Both the position numbers and the translations under genes were made by a program. The notes under the pieces are model-generated. The model saw only the letters and a program-made list of their open reading frames with translations, was not told the origin of the DNA and ran no database searches. This document shows positions 1 to 11,951 of a stretch of 64,000 nucleotides of DNA, piece by piece. The DNA is from Octopus vulgaris. Its lineage: Eukaryota. Location: NCBI GenBank assembly GCA_951406725.2, contig OX597814.1, positions 187,116,001 to 187,180,000 on the forward strand. The letters are read 5' to 3'. How positions within the stretch are numbered: the first letter of the stretch is position 1; every line of letters starts with the position of its first letter.

Positions 1-111
1 TGTGATTTAGAAAAGTATAGATAATTGCTTAATTTTATGCATATTACAGCATATTTAAAAGTCTGCATCATTTTCATGCCATCAAATTGATGATTATTAT
101 TTATTCAAGTT

Positions 112-325
112 AAGGTGGTGGGCTGACAGAATCATTACCATGCCAGGCAAAATGCTTAGTGACATTTCTTCCGACTTCACATTCTGAGTTTAAATGCTGC
201 TAGGGTTGACCTTGCCTTTCATCGTTTTAGGGTCAATAAAGTAAGTACCAGCTGAATACTGGAGTCAATGTAATCAGCTTACTCCATCCCTTGAAATTGC
301 TGGCCTTGTGCCAAAATTTGAAATT
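112..325 (+). mobile_element. SINE family B (tRNA-like head), older copy
   Basis: Matches the repeat AAGGCGGTGAGCTGGCAGAATC...GAGTTCAAAT...GCCTTTCATCCTTTCGGGGTCGATAAA..AAGTACCAG seen many times in this window; B-box-like GAGTTYAAAT. Confidence 0.75.
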
Positions 326-1084
326 TATTTATTCAAGTTAATTCAGGTTTCAAGAAGAAGAAAATGGATGTTGAATCTTATAAAAAATATAGAGTAGGAA
401 TGAAACAAGTGGTGATACACTGTGCTGAATTAAATTCATCCAACCTGTGCCAGCAATGAAATGTAGATGTAAAATGATGATGATAATTCTGCACTGAAGG
501 GCAAAACTTTTTAGCCACATATCTACATATCTTTTCAGAATATACTGGCCACATTTATCACTTAATATACTTTCTGAGGACTGTGTATAAATGCTTTTTA
601 TGATTCAACCAACATGTTAGAAACTGGTGGTGGTAGAAAAAGGGGCTTTGTTCTATTGATGTATTGGAAATGGTTCGCTTTTTGATTACACTTAATTTGA
701 ACAGCTTTTCAAAGGTGTTCTGTTTAGCTAGTAAGGTTTGCTTGAACCTATTTCGATTTATTATTAAAGCTTTTATGGCTTTGAATCATTGAGAGGCATC
801 TTTTCAGAAGATGATTGTGAATCTATCACAGGTTTTACCCAAAAGGAAATTTAAACTTATTTGTGTAAACTAATGAAATGCGAACCAATTATACCAAATC
901 CTCTATATCAATAGCAGTAAACTGCTTCCTCATGGTTGTTCACTCAATTTCAACTCTCCTACATAATCAAAAGCATTCTAACTGTGACCATCCTGTCAAT
1001 TATCTAGGTATAGTGTACTGAGTGTATCATTCATCTTTTGAGATAATATTTGACTACTATTTTGAGCAATATTGCCAATGGGGA

Positions 1085-1280
1085 TGCCTTATATAGTTGC
1101 TTGAGATACAAGAAAAAGTAGCCAAATCACCCTCAAATCACACTTCCATTTTAAATAAATGAAGATACATTGAACAATGGAGTTTCTAATATACAAATCG
1201 ATGAGCTAATCACTGTTCATATGGCTTTGATCAATCATGACTCTGTTCAACCAGGGCAGATCTAGAACAAATGACTAGTG
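1085..1280 (+). repeat. Old interspersed repeat family F (probable SINE/LINE 3' tail)
   Basis: Motif AGCAGCCAAATCTCCCTCAAATCACAC...CAGGGCTGACCT..AACAACAAC recurs at about 5265-5455(-), 5570-5760(-), 8090-8260(+), 28860-29050(+), 29180-29330(+) and 29935-30140(-). Confidence 0.55.
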
Positions 1281-1444
1281 TTAGGTGAACTGAACTACTT
1301 GAGAGTCCACTGAGTTGAGAGATAACAGTAAATCAATGATCATTTAATCAGCAGTCCAGCTGTCTCAGCGCCTAGTTAGCTTTATGTTTCAATGATATAA
1401 TGATATTGAAAATACATTTGAATGTTGTATGAGCTATTATTTTA

Positions 1445-1714
1445 TTCTTTTACTTGTTTCAGTCATTTGTCTGCAGCCATGCTGGTGCACTGCCATTAGT
1501 CGAGCAAATCAACCCCTTTATAAGCCTAGTACTTATTCTATCGGTCTCTTTTGCTGAACCGCTAAGTTACGGGAACGTAAACACACCAGCATCAGTTGTC
1601 AAATGATGTTGAGGGGACAAACACGGACACACAAACTTACACACACATATATGATGGGCTTAAGACCAGCATCAGCTGTCAAGCGATGTTGGGGGGACAA
1701 ACACAGACACACAA

Positions 1715-1761
<47 letters not shown>

Positions 1762-1925
1762 CGACGGGCTTCTTTCAGTTTCCGTCTACCAAACCCACTC
1801 ACAAGGCTTTGGGCAGCCCGAGGCTATAGTAGAAGACACTTGCCCAAGGTGCCATGCAGTGGGACTGAACCCGGAACCATGTGGTTGGTAAGCAAGCTAC
1901 TTACCACACAGCCACTCCTGCACCT
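1445..1925 (-). mobile_element. tRNA-derived SINE family A, full length, with an internal ~80-bp tandem duplication
   Basis: Minus strand begins AGGTGCAGGAGTGGCTGTGTGG (A box)...GGTTCAGTCCC (B box), then TTGGGCAAGTG, an internal TA/TG microsatellite and tail TGACTGAAACAAGTAAAAGA; segment ~1586-1665 is repeated at ~1667-1770. Confidence 0.9.
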
Positions 1926-1965
1926 ATGTACATCTTTGCTGTGTACATCTTTGAAAAAATTTATA

Positions 1966-2363
1966 TAGGTGCAGGAGTGGCTGTGTGGTAAGTAGCTTGC
2001 TTATGAACCACATGGTTCCGGTTTCAGTCCCACTGTGTGGCACCTTGGGCAAGTGTCTTCTACTATAGCCTTGGGCTGACCAAAGCCTTGTGAGTGGATT
2101 TGGTAGATGGAAACTGAAAGAAACCCATTGTATATATATATATATGTGTGTGTGTGTATATGTTTGTGTGTCTGTGTTTGTCACCCCAATATCGCTTGAC
2201 AACCGATGCTGGTGTGTTTACATCCCCGTAACTTAGCGGTTCAGCAAAAGAGACCGATAGAATAAGTACTAGGCTTACAAAGAAGAAGTCCTCGGGTCGA
2301 TTTGCTCAACTAAAGGCAGTGCTGCAGCATGGCCACAGTCAAAACGACTGAAGTAAAAGAGTA
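1966..2363 (+). mobile_element. tRNA-derived SINE family A, full length
   Basis: Same head, body and tail as the copy at 1445-1925, in opposite orientation. Confidence 0.9.
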
Positions 2364-3049
2364 AATTCATACCTACTTGCAAAACCAAAAAAGAAAACAA
2401 TGGTAAAACACTTTAATGCAGTGTTTCTCAGGGCTGGCCAGGCTGTAGGGATTGAAAGGGAATGGGAAAATTAGCATATTAAATAAAAATAATTGATTTA
2501 TGCTTTTTAAACTTGGCCAAAATAATGGTGAAGATAGAAGAATTATATGGGGGCAAACTTTATTTTGCCTTTGTTTTAATAAAGAGGTAAAGAGTGGGGT
2601 TAAAAATTTCACAATTATATTTTTGTTTTTAGTGGTTAGATTGATATTAATCAGTTTGAAGACCATCACTTTTTTAGTGTACTCTCCACTCTGGTTGCTA
2701 TAAATGCTGGACTTCACAATCACTGATTATCTCTCCTGGTAGTCTGATACAGCTCATAAACAAAGCCATATTAAGGTACAGGTCTAGGGGCCCAATTCTG
2801 ATCTATGCATGATGTAGCTTGCTGTCGATAGATAAATGCTGATTTTCCCAGGGGCCTATAATGCTACTAAAATGGCCCTACTTATAACACATCATAAACT
2901 ACCACAAAGACTGGTTTACCTCTTTGGATCCAGAAGAGATTGCTGCTAACTTTCAACAAAACTCAAAAGAGGTCCACAATGGAAATATACTTTGACATTT
3001 AGGATGGCACTGTTGCTACACACAAAAAAGCCTGTTGGCTAATTGCCAA

Positions 3050-3330
3050 AGAATCACTCAACAATATACTCCCTTCCTTACCTTATAGAGGTGCTGCCAC
3101 TTCCCTTTTCTTCCATGGTCTCTACTCTTCAGACCTAGCTGTCAGTATACTATTTACACTTAGACCCATCTAACACACTCATCTCACTTTTTCTCTTCAT
3201 ACATTCAGTATCCTTTCCAGGCCCTGTATTAACCCTTCTTTTTCCTGTCATTCATTCCTAGAATGTAAAACCTCGAGAATTCCTTCCTTAACCAAGTTTT
3301 TCCTACAATTGTTGATTTAAAGATGTTCAG
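3050..3330 (+). mobile_element. Decayed LINE ORF2 C-terminal remnant (CR1/L2/Jockey group)
   Basis: Translation fragments such as LPSLPYRGAATSLF and SFIPRM*NLENSFLNQVFPTIVDLKMF resemble the SFxPRTxxLWNSLPxxVFP motif at the end of LINE ORF2. Confidence 0.45.
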
Positions 3331-3408
3331 TTTTGGAGGGTTTACAAAGGTTAAGGGCTCAGTTTCTAACTCTGCTAAAACTATAAAAAAAAAAATCTGA
3401 TTGCTACA

Positions 3409-3804
3409 TAGGTGCAGAAGTGGCTGTGTGGTAAGTAGCTTGGTTACCAACCACATGGTTCCGGGTTCAGTCCCACTGCATGGCACCTTGGGCAAGTGTC
3501 TTCTACTATAGCCTTGGGCCAACCAAAGCCTTGTGAGTGGATTTGGTAGATGGAAACTGAAAGAAGCCCTTCATATATATGTATATATATGTGTGTGTGT
3601 TTGTGTGTCTGTGTTTGTCCTCCCAACATCGCTTGACAACCGATGCTGGTGTGCTTACGTCCCCGTAACTTAGCAGTTTGGCAAAAGAGACCGATAGAAT
3701 AAGTACTAGGCTTACAAAGAATAAATCTTGGGGTTGATTTGCTCGACTAAAAGCGGTGCTCCAGCATGACCGCAGTCAAATGACTGAAACAAGTAAAAAG
3801 AGTA
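3409..3804 (+). mobile_element. SINE family A, full length
   Basis: Direct match to the other family A copies. Confidence 0.9.
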
Positions 3805-4304
3805 TCTTTAAATGGATAGGACTCTATAAAAAGAAAATAACAAAAATAAAACAGATAAATGAAACTGAAGGATTGAAATTTCTGTTGAAAAAATTCAGAC
3901 TTGGTCACAAATAGAATATTTTTATAGTTTTGTATATGAGACATTATAAAGCCATCTTGCTGGTTATGTTAGAAAAGATATACAGTTATAAATTAATTGC
4001 TTAAAATATACATGCAAATATGCATCCCAGTATCCATTCCAGAATAAATAATAGTGTGTAAATAAACAATTACACAGACAGACACACGCAATTTCATTAA
4101 AGGTTTTGTTGAGACATGAAAATAAAAAAAAGAAATCCAAGATGTAAAGCAACCAAGAAACTGTTAATGAGATGAAGAAGAGGAAAAAATAGAGGACAAA
4201 GACAATGTTAGGAATACTGTTAATGATGACAGCAATGATGATGATATTAGCACCCTGCTTTTAAATTTGCTATTTGGCTATTTGAATGTCTTTAGACTGA
4301 CATC

Positions 4305-4550
4305 TTTACTTTACTCTTTTGTTTCAGTCATTTGACTGTGGCCATGCTGGAGCACCGCCTTTAGTCGAGCAGATTGACCCCAGGACTTATTCTTTGGATG
4401 CCTAGTACTTATTCTATCGGTTTCTTTTGCCGAACTGCTAAGTTACGGAGACATAAACACACCACCATCGGTTGTCAAGCGATACACACACACACACACA
4501 TATATATATATACATACATACATACATACATACGACGGGCTTCTTTCAGT
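4305..4550 (-). mobile_element. SINE family A, 5'-truncated
   Basis: 3' half of family A, ending abruptly at CTTCTTTCAGTT. Confidence 0.85.
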
Positions 4551-5876
4551 TGTGAAAAAAAAAAAGCTGAGAGTAGATTTTGTGCACTGAGATTCATTTC
4601 CCACACTTTTTGGTCATTCAAAGAGTGACTCAAAAGCGACAAAGGCTTACTGATTGTGGAGTCAGACCAACTGCCTGGAGGTAAGCAATATCCTTAATCT
4701 AAAATCAAAACCATTGATCCACCAGACATTTCTCAGCTTTCCAGTTCCATCTAATTAAAGGAGAGCCTAACATATGAACAATATCCTAGTTTGGAGAGTA
4801 GGGTGCTGGGGTTGGTGAGAAGTGGAGCCAACTTCCTTTTTTTCAACTAAATCTTGCTGCTTTTACAGACAAGGGCAATACAGATTGTCCTGCTTCTATT
4901 CTTCACTCTGAGCGAACAGTAATTTGGAAACCTATCAAAGAGATAGATTAGCAATTACTAGGAAATAGAAAAGACAGGATAAGAGGTGAAGAAATTAGGA
5001 TGAATCATAAGATAAACTTTTTAGAACTATCTCAATCATGTGACTTCAATTCAATATTTGCAAATATGTGTTTATTTCTGTATTTAGGTCAAATCAAATA
5101 GCTTAATCTTGCCAACACCACAGAATTCATATGCCTATCAAGAGCACTGCATTGTTCTCAATTGTTGTTTGTAGTGGTGGTGGTGATGGTGATGGTAGTG
5201 TGGTGGTGGTGGTGATGGTGTTGGTGGCAGTACTGGTGCCAGCAAAAGTGTTACTGTTATATTATTGTTTTAACTTAGCTCCAGTTCAGCAATAATAGAA
5301 CAAATTTACGATCAGAAACATTCCAGCCAGGACCATCCTGTCTTTTATTCTGATCTGAAAGTGTGTCTAAGATTACATTATTTGCTCGGACAGTAGTGCT
5401 TAATTTGGTAGAGATTTGGCAGCTGTTTCTAACAAATCAAGCAATGACAAAGAGGTCACTTTACTGTGGTGGGGGTGGTGGTGGTGGTACAAGTGATGGT
5501 CTTGTCAGTAATGGTGGCGCTGCTGGAGGTGGTATTGTTGGTGTGAACTGAAAAATTGACTTTGTTCAAGCTCCAGGTCAACCCTAATTGTGCAGACCTA
5601 AGAACTAAAGCATTCCAGTCATGACCATCCATTTTTTTTAGTGTTATATAGGACTGCATTATTTAATGTGCTCCATCCGTCAATAGGATAATAAGAAGGT
5701 AATTTGAAGGAGTTTTGGCTGTTATTTCTAGCAGGTCAAATGACCACATTAAGAATTCATCCTTAGTATGTTGTTGATGTTGTTGCATAGCCCCAAATCA
5801 GTATTGGCCAAAGCAGTAATCAACTGAACACAACACACATGTAGTTAGCTGAACAACAAACAGATCTATCATTCCT

Positions 5877-6120
5877 TATCATCATCATCATCATCATCAT
5901 CATCGTTTAACGTCCGTTTTCCACGCTAGCATGGGTTGGACGGTTCGACTGGGGTCTGAGAAGCCAGGGGCTGCACCAGGCTTCAGTCTGATCTGGCAGC
6001 GTTTCTACAGCTGGATGCCCTTCCTAACGCCAATCATTCCGCGAGTGTAGTGGGTGCTTTTTACGTGCCACCTGCACAGATGCCAGGGGGGTCCGGCATC
6101 GGCCATGATCGGTTGGAGCT
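5877..6120 (-). mobile_element. RTE LINE 3' UTR fragment (family C) with (GAT)n tail
   Basis: Minus strand reads GGCGTTAGGAAGGGCATCCAGC...AACCCATGCTAGC..GGACGTTAAACGATGATG; the same sequence follows RTE ORF ends at 39.2-39.8 kb and 62.6-63.1 kb. Further copies at about 8958-9110, 18962-19425, 26700-26940, 27560-27760, 29565-29897, 44375-44560, 47095-47198, 50866-51368, 53044-53222 and 55151-55330. Confidence 0.8.
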
Positions 6121-6210
6121 TATATCATGTTTTCTGACTTAATCAAGACCTTACTGCACACTTGGACATACAGTAATGGAGTGTAGGGAATATAGCATGA
6201 CAGTCAAAAC

Positions 6211-6717
6211 CAGTGGTTCCCAAACATTTTCAGGCTGCCACCCACCTGGCACCCAGACCACATTCCTAGTGCCCCACCCACTTCCAACCACAAACACAGC
6301 CATTCAAGAATTTGGACCTGGAGATCTCCATTTCCAGTGACTTTGAGGGCCACCTCCCAGTGATGTCGGGCGTCAACGAAGAGCCCTCAACTACAACAAG
6401 ACGACCAAAGTTTTTCTTTTCCAAGGTCTGGGGTCTCCTGCCCCTAAGCCCTAGACCATCACCTAATCACCCTTACCCATCTTGTTGCTTAACAACAACA
6501 ACAACCATAAACACAGACCACATTCTGCAGCAAATTCAAAACAACTGTATTTCAAAAATAAAACTTAACCTAATTAACCTATTATTCAGGCTTTTTTTAC
6601 ATCCATCATCTCTTTTTGGCCACTCCCTTATCACCCCACTTTTTCTCAATGCTTCCGCCTTGGATCTTTCCACTGCTCCTGCCAAGGGGGCAGTAACATA
6701 AACTTTGGGAACAACTG
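6211..6717. mobile_element. hAT-type non-autonomous DNA transposon (MITE)
   Basis: Terminal inverted repeats CAGTGGTTCCCAAA / TTTGGGAACAACTG; the 8-bp flanks GTCAAAAC / AGCTAAAC match only partly. Confidence 0.6.
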
Positions 6718-6756
6718 AGCTAAACATACTGCACTCTTTCTGCAGTCCAGTTTAAT

Positions 6757-7410
6757 TCTTATTTCTTTATTTCCCCCAAAGGGGCTAAACATAGAGGGGT
6801 CAAACAAGGACAGACAAACGGATTAAGTCGATTACATCGACCCCAGTGCATAACTGGCACCTAATTTATTGACCCCGAAAGGATGAAAGGCAAAGTCTAC
6901 CTCGGCAGAATTTGAACTCAGAATGAAATACTTATTTCTTTACTGTCCACAAGGGGCTACACATAGAGGGGACAAACAAGGACAGACAAACGGATTAAGT
7001 CGATTAGATCAACCCCAGTGTGTAACTGGTACTTATTTAATTGACCCCAAAAGGATGAAAGGCAAAGTCGACCGCGGTGGAATTTGAACTCAGAACGTAA
7101 CAGCAGACGAAATACGGCTACGCATTTCGCCCGGCATGCTAATGTTTCTGCAAGCTTGCAGCCTTCAAAATACCTATTTCTTTACTACCCACAAGGGGCT
7201 AAATACAGAGAGGACAAAGAAGGACAGACAAACGGATTAAGTCGATTACATCGACCTCAGTGCATAACTGGTACTTAATTTATTGACCCCAAAAGGACGA
7301 AAAGGCAAAGTCGACCTCAGCGGAATTTGAACTCAGAACGTAAAGGCAGATGAAATACCGCTAAGCATTTTGCCCAGCGTGCTAACGTTTCTGCCAGCTC
7401 GCAGCCTTAA
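6757..7410 (-). mobile_element. Three head-to-tail SINE family B copies (young tail variant B1)
   Basis: Units at about 6757-6925 (truncated), 6928-7165 and 7170-7408 share CCCACAAGGGGCT...GGATTAAGTCGATTACATCGACCCCAGTG...GGAATTTGAACTCAGAAC. Confidence 0.9.
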
Positions 7411-8387
7411 TTCTATATGCATGTAACTTCAGGTAATGCCCACAATGGAAATACAGCGAGCAAAGAGGTCACTCTGGAGGGTTGGCGGCCACTCAATTCA
7501 CAAGATTAGCAGCCATATCTCCCCAGATATTACTTTTTTTGCTTTGTTGTTGTTGTTTGATGGTATTTAGTGGCATAAATGGTGGTCTCTTGGCAGCAGT
7601 GCTGTTGGGTGATGGCATGGAAAGCAATTTCTTAATATTTTTTTTCTCTCTCTCTCACCTGCATGCACCCTGCTTCTACCCACAACTGTCTATGCATAGA
7701 TAATCTGAATTGTTGGCTAATTGTTGAAATTTCTGTGTAAACCTAACAGGAATGAGGAATCAGTCCATTCCTAGACAAGGAACTAGTCAAGCAGGAGATG
7801 AGGAACTATTTTTAATTTCAGAAGGGTATAATATCATATAAAAAGTGAGATATAATTTTCACTAATGTTAGTCATCATTTTTAGTTCTGTAGCTGCTATA
7901 AACACCACCACCACCACCACCACTACCACCACTACTACTACTACTACTACTAACATTGGTACTAGGATCACAGTCACAATCATTACTCTTTCCCCCAGTT
8001 ACCCAAACTCACACACACAATCAGCTCCATTAATACCTGCCTCAACTATTATAGTTACATGATTTAACAAAGAAGATTGTACACTCCACCCTGCTAGATA
8101 CAGCAGCCAAATCTCTCCCAAATTACACCTCCACTATCTTAAAAAGAAGACACTCATAGTCAGACATGTCATGTTTGAAAATAAAATGGTATGATCATAG
8201 CTGAGGTACCTTTGGTTATTGGTCTGCTCTGTCAGAGCTGACCTAAGGTTACACAACACAATCATCATACCATCACTTTTATACTATCAGTTTTACAGTA
8301 ATTAAGAGCATCCCCAGATCTTAACTTCGAGAGCCACTACATGGAAGCTTGCCCTATTAGAAATAACTGCCAAGTCTCTCTCAAATC

Positions 8388-8565
8388 ATACTCTTTACTC
8401 TTTTACTTGTTTCAGTCATTTGACTGTGGCCATGCTGGAGCACCACCTTTAGTCGAGCACATTGACCCCAGGACTTATTCTTTGTAAGCCTAGTACTTAT
8501 TCTATCGGTCTCTTTTGCTGAACCGCTAAGTTACAGGGACATAAACACACTAGCATCGGTTGTCA
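8388..8565 (-). mobile_element. SINE family A 3' fragment
   Basis: Matches the family A tail; older diverged fragments also at about 9488-9760, 10937-11008, 11355-11490 and 37810-38037. Confidence 0.8.
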
Positions 8566-9760
8566 TACATGCCAGCTCAATTTGATTCATACTCAGTCAA
8601 AAGACACCTGTTGTTATTTTCTTGTTGTTTGTATTTGTAATTGCGTACCATATTCTCCATTTTTTGTCTTTGTTGCCATATACACATTTGCTAGCTGTCT
8701 TACAAAGAAATCTAATGTTCCTAGCTTAGACTGTTTTGGAGGCAACCAGATTGAACTGTCTCAAGTGTAACTGCCCAAAACAGTATGGACGTCTGATAAA
8801 CTTGACTGATGAAAGAAGGTTACAAATGACCTGTCTTTCTTTTCCCTGCCCTTCTAATTGTTGTTTCTCTTGTCTGTCTTTGTATTGCCTATCTGTCCGA
8901 ATGTTTTATTGTCCTCTATTGCATCTTTGTTCCATGTTTGATATATATATATATAGAGACTACACTCTCGGAGTGGTTGGCATTAGGAAGGGCATCCAGC
9001 TGTAGAAACTCTGCCAGATCAGATTGGAGCCTGGTGCAGCCATCTGGTTTGCCAGTCCTCAGTCAAATCATCCAACCCATGCTAGCATGGTTAAACGATG
9101 ATGATGATGGTACAATGGGCTTCTTTCAATTCACATCAACCAAATCCACTCAAGGGCTTGGTTGACCTGGGGCTATGGTAGGTCTGCTGGATCATAGGTG
9201 ACTAAAGGCTTAACAACAACAATAAAAACAATTAGTCAAACCACTCCACTCCCAGGACAACCAAAAATACAATGAGTTTTCACTGATATTTCAAAACAGG
9301 AATTTTTCTGCAACTTTCCTGCAACTTGTCACACAATGGCAATACAATTAAATGTTCACAATAGACTTGTTTAGAATAGAATTAAAGAATTTCTTTTTCA
9401 TTCCATTGTGATTGGTCATTTGGTTGTCATTTTACAAAGTGGGCTTTGACAATAAAACCAGACTAATTTACCAATTTTTATCTTCAATCTTTTACTTGTT
9501 TCAGTCACTGGACAGCAACAAAGCTGAGGCATCACCTCAAAGGGGTTTTTAGTCAAATGAATCAACCCCAGTACTTATTTTTATTCATTTATTTTAAAAC
9601 CTAGTATTCTATTGGTCTTTTATACCAAATCACAAAGTTATGGGGATGTAAACAAACTAACACTGGTTGTCAATTACTGGGCAACAAACACAAAGACACA
9701 CACATATATACATAAATACACACACATACGTATGTTTATATATGTATATATATATATATA

Positions 9761-10636
9761 CGTGGCCTGATCAATGGACAGTTGCCATTGTAATGAAGTT
9801 AAAGCATGCAGAGTGAAGCCACTTGGCACAGACTGACCTTGAGCTCTACTGTGCATGCGCACCAAGTTTTAATGTTCTAGCTCATTTCTGCTGCTTACAG
9901 CAGTGCTTGGAAGGAAGGTGTGTAGTGTGTGATCGTCGCATTGAGCATGACAGAAAAAGTTGAGCAGTGAATCTGCATCAAATTTTGCCAAAAGCTTGGC
10001 AATACCTGCTCAGAGGCCTACACAAAGTTTTCAAAAAGTTTTCCTTGTCTTTGACATAAAATAGGTGATCTTGTGCAACAGAAACCCGAGTGCCTTTTTG
10101 GTCAGCTGAAAGCAGATTTGGTACAAAATTGACAGACATGCAGCTCATACCCAAATCTTCAGTGATAATGGACTGAACTGAATTGTAACTAAGCTGCACA
10201 TCCTTTGATAACTCATGGATGGTAATTCGACAATTCCACCCACCCCCCTTCACAGCTGCATGCACATCTGTGATGTTTTGCTCAGTTCTGCTGGTTGTAG
10301 GTCTCCCAGAATGTTCATCAATACCGACATTTTTCAGTGATCTTGGAAACATCTGACCCACTCATACACTAGTATGTGGCTCATACATTCCTCTCCATAC
10401 ACTTTCTGCAACTTTGCGTAGGCCTCTGAACTGGTATCGCCATGACAATTTCTCTGTCATGGTCAATGCGATGATCACACACTACACACCTTCCTTCCAA
10501 ACATTGCTGTAAACAGCAGGAGTGAGGTAGAATGTTAAAACTTAGTGCACATGCACAGCGAAGTTCAAGGTCAATCTGTGTCAAGCGGGTTCACTCTGTG
10601 TGCTTTAGCTTCATTACTATGGCAACAGTCCGGATA
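9761..10636 (-). mobile_element. Mariner-derived palindromic element with N-terminal transposase remnant
   Basis: ORF 9978-10361(-) has mariner HTH-region motifs (HSGRPTTS, RITIHEL, IITEDLGM, FVPNLLSADQK). The + strand at ~9948-10028 reads MTEKVEQ*ICIKFCQKLG. Long inverted arms at ~9776-10028 and ~10412-10631; TA at the left end. Confidence 0.85.
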
Positions 10637-10690
10637 TGTTAGCATGGAAGGTGGACATTAAATGATGATGATGATGATCCTCATCATGAT

Positions 10691-10942
10691 ATTGTTATAT
10701 TTTGGGACGGTCATTTTTTTCTCCAAATAAACTCATGCACTGTATATTCGTTCTTCGCTTCAGCTTTGTTATTGTTCTTATCTTAGTTTTCTTGGTCTTA
10801 AATCTTTCGTCACATTTCCTGTGACCTCTTCAGCAACTCTGTATCCCATATGTCTCCTCCTGATCTGAAATCATGTTGAAACAGAAATTGTTGTATTTTG
10901 GGATGGTCATTTTTTGTTTTTGTGAAAATAAACACATGCAGT
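10691..10942 (-). mobile_element. Partial tandem (~196-bp period) element with a degenerate hammerhead ribozyme (Penelope pLTR / retrozyme-like)
   Basis: ATTGTTRTATTTTGGGAYGGTCATTTTTT...AAATAAAC.CATGCA.TG occurs at 10691 and 10887; hammerhead core on the minus strand at ~10793-10837. Confidence 0.55.
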
Positions 10943-11029
10943 GGAACTGAACCCGGAACCATGTGGTTGGTAAGCAAGCTACTTACCACACAGCCACTCC
11001 TATGCCTATATATATATATCTTTTTTTAA

Positions 11030-11355
11030 CGTTGGGCCTCAAAGAGGCAATGACAAGTGACTGAGACCTTTGGCAATTTGCTGTACTTGAGAAGATTCAA
11101 GTCAAGCAAAATCATAGTCAGTGTCATGTAACTGGCACCTGTGCTGGTGGCACATGAAAACACTCATGCTGGAAGCAAGTAAAAGGCACCCATTACACTC
11201 TTGGAGTGGTTGGCATTAGGAAGGGCATCCAGCTGTAGAAACCAAGCCAAATTAGATTGGAGCTTGGTGCAGCTCTCTGGTTTATCAGTTCCAGTCAAGC
11301 TGTTTAACCCATGCAAGCATGGAAAGCAGACACTAAATGATAATGATGATGATTT
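11030..11355 (+). mobile_element. 5'-truncated RTE LINE end (ORF C-terminus plus 3' UTR)
   Basis: LGLKEAMTSD*DLWQFAVLEK followed by the family C tail and (GAT)n. Confidence 0.75.
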
Positions 11356-11912
11356 CTGTCTACTAAATCCACCCTCAGGCTTTGGTTGGCCCAGGGCTAT
11401 AGTTGAAACACTTACCTAAGGCAGCACACAGTGGGAATGACCCAGGAGACGTGGTGAGGAAGCAAGCTTCTAACCACACAGCCACTCTTGTGAGAAAATC
11501 AACATCATTTATAATTTTGGCTGTGCAGGAGAGATCTAAGCTGAACTCTGCAGGTATTCTATCTATGCACTTCAGGACATTTTATTGCAAACTTAATATG
11601 ATTTAAAGATCATTTCAGGTTGTTAAATTAATTTTAATCAAAAACTACTGCAAAATGTCAGTTTTTAAAACATTAGCATATTTAACATATTTTCAAAATG
11701 GAAAAGAAATAACAAATCTTAATGCTTCCTTCACTTTAAAAGGAATTTCTTTTCCCATTTAAGCCATCTGAGATATTTTTCTGTTATTCTTTTCTCTTTA
11801 TTTTCTGTGTTTCTTTTTCTTTTCCTCTGCTTTTTGTATTTGCTTTTTATGTTCTATCTATATAAAGTTCTTTAGCATCTAAGTTAATTTTCCCTAAATG
11901 TCAAAGAATATT

Positions 11913-11951
<39 letters not shown>

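Noticed and set aside
1603-2202. Recurrent ORF ending RRHLPKVPCSGTEPGTMWLVSKLLTTQP
   Set aside because: Antisense translation of the SINE A tRNA-like head; recurrence reflects copy number.
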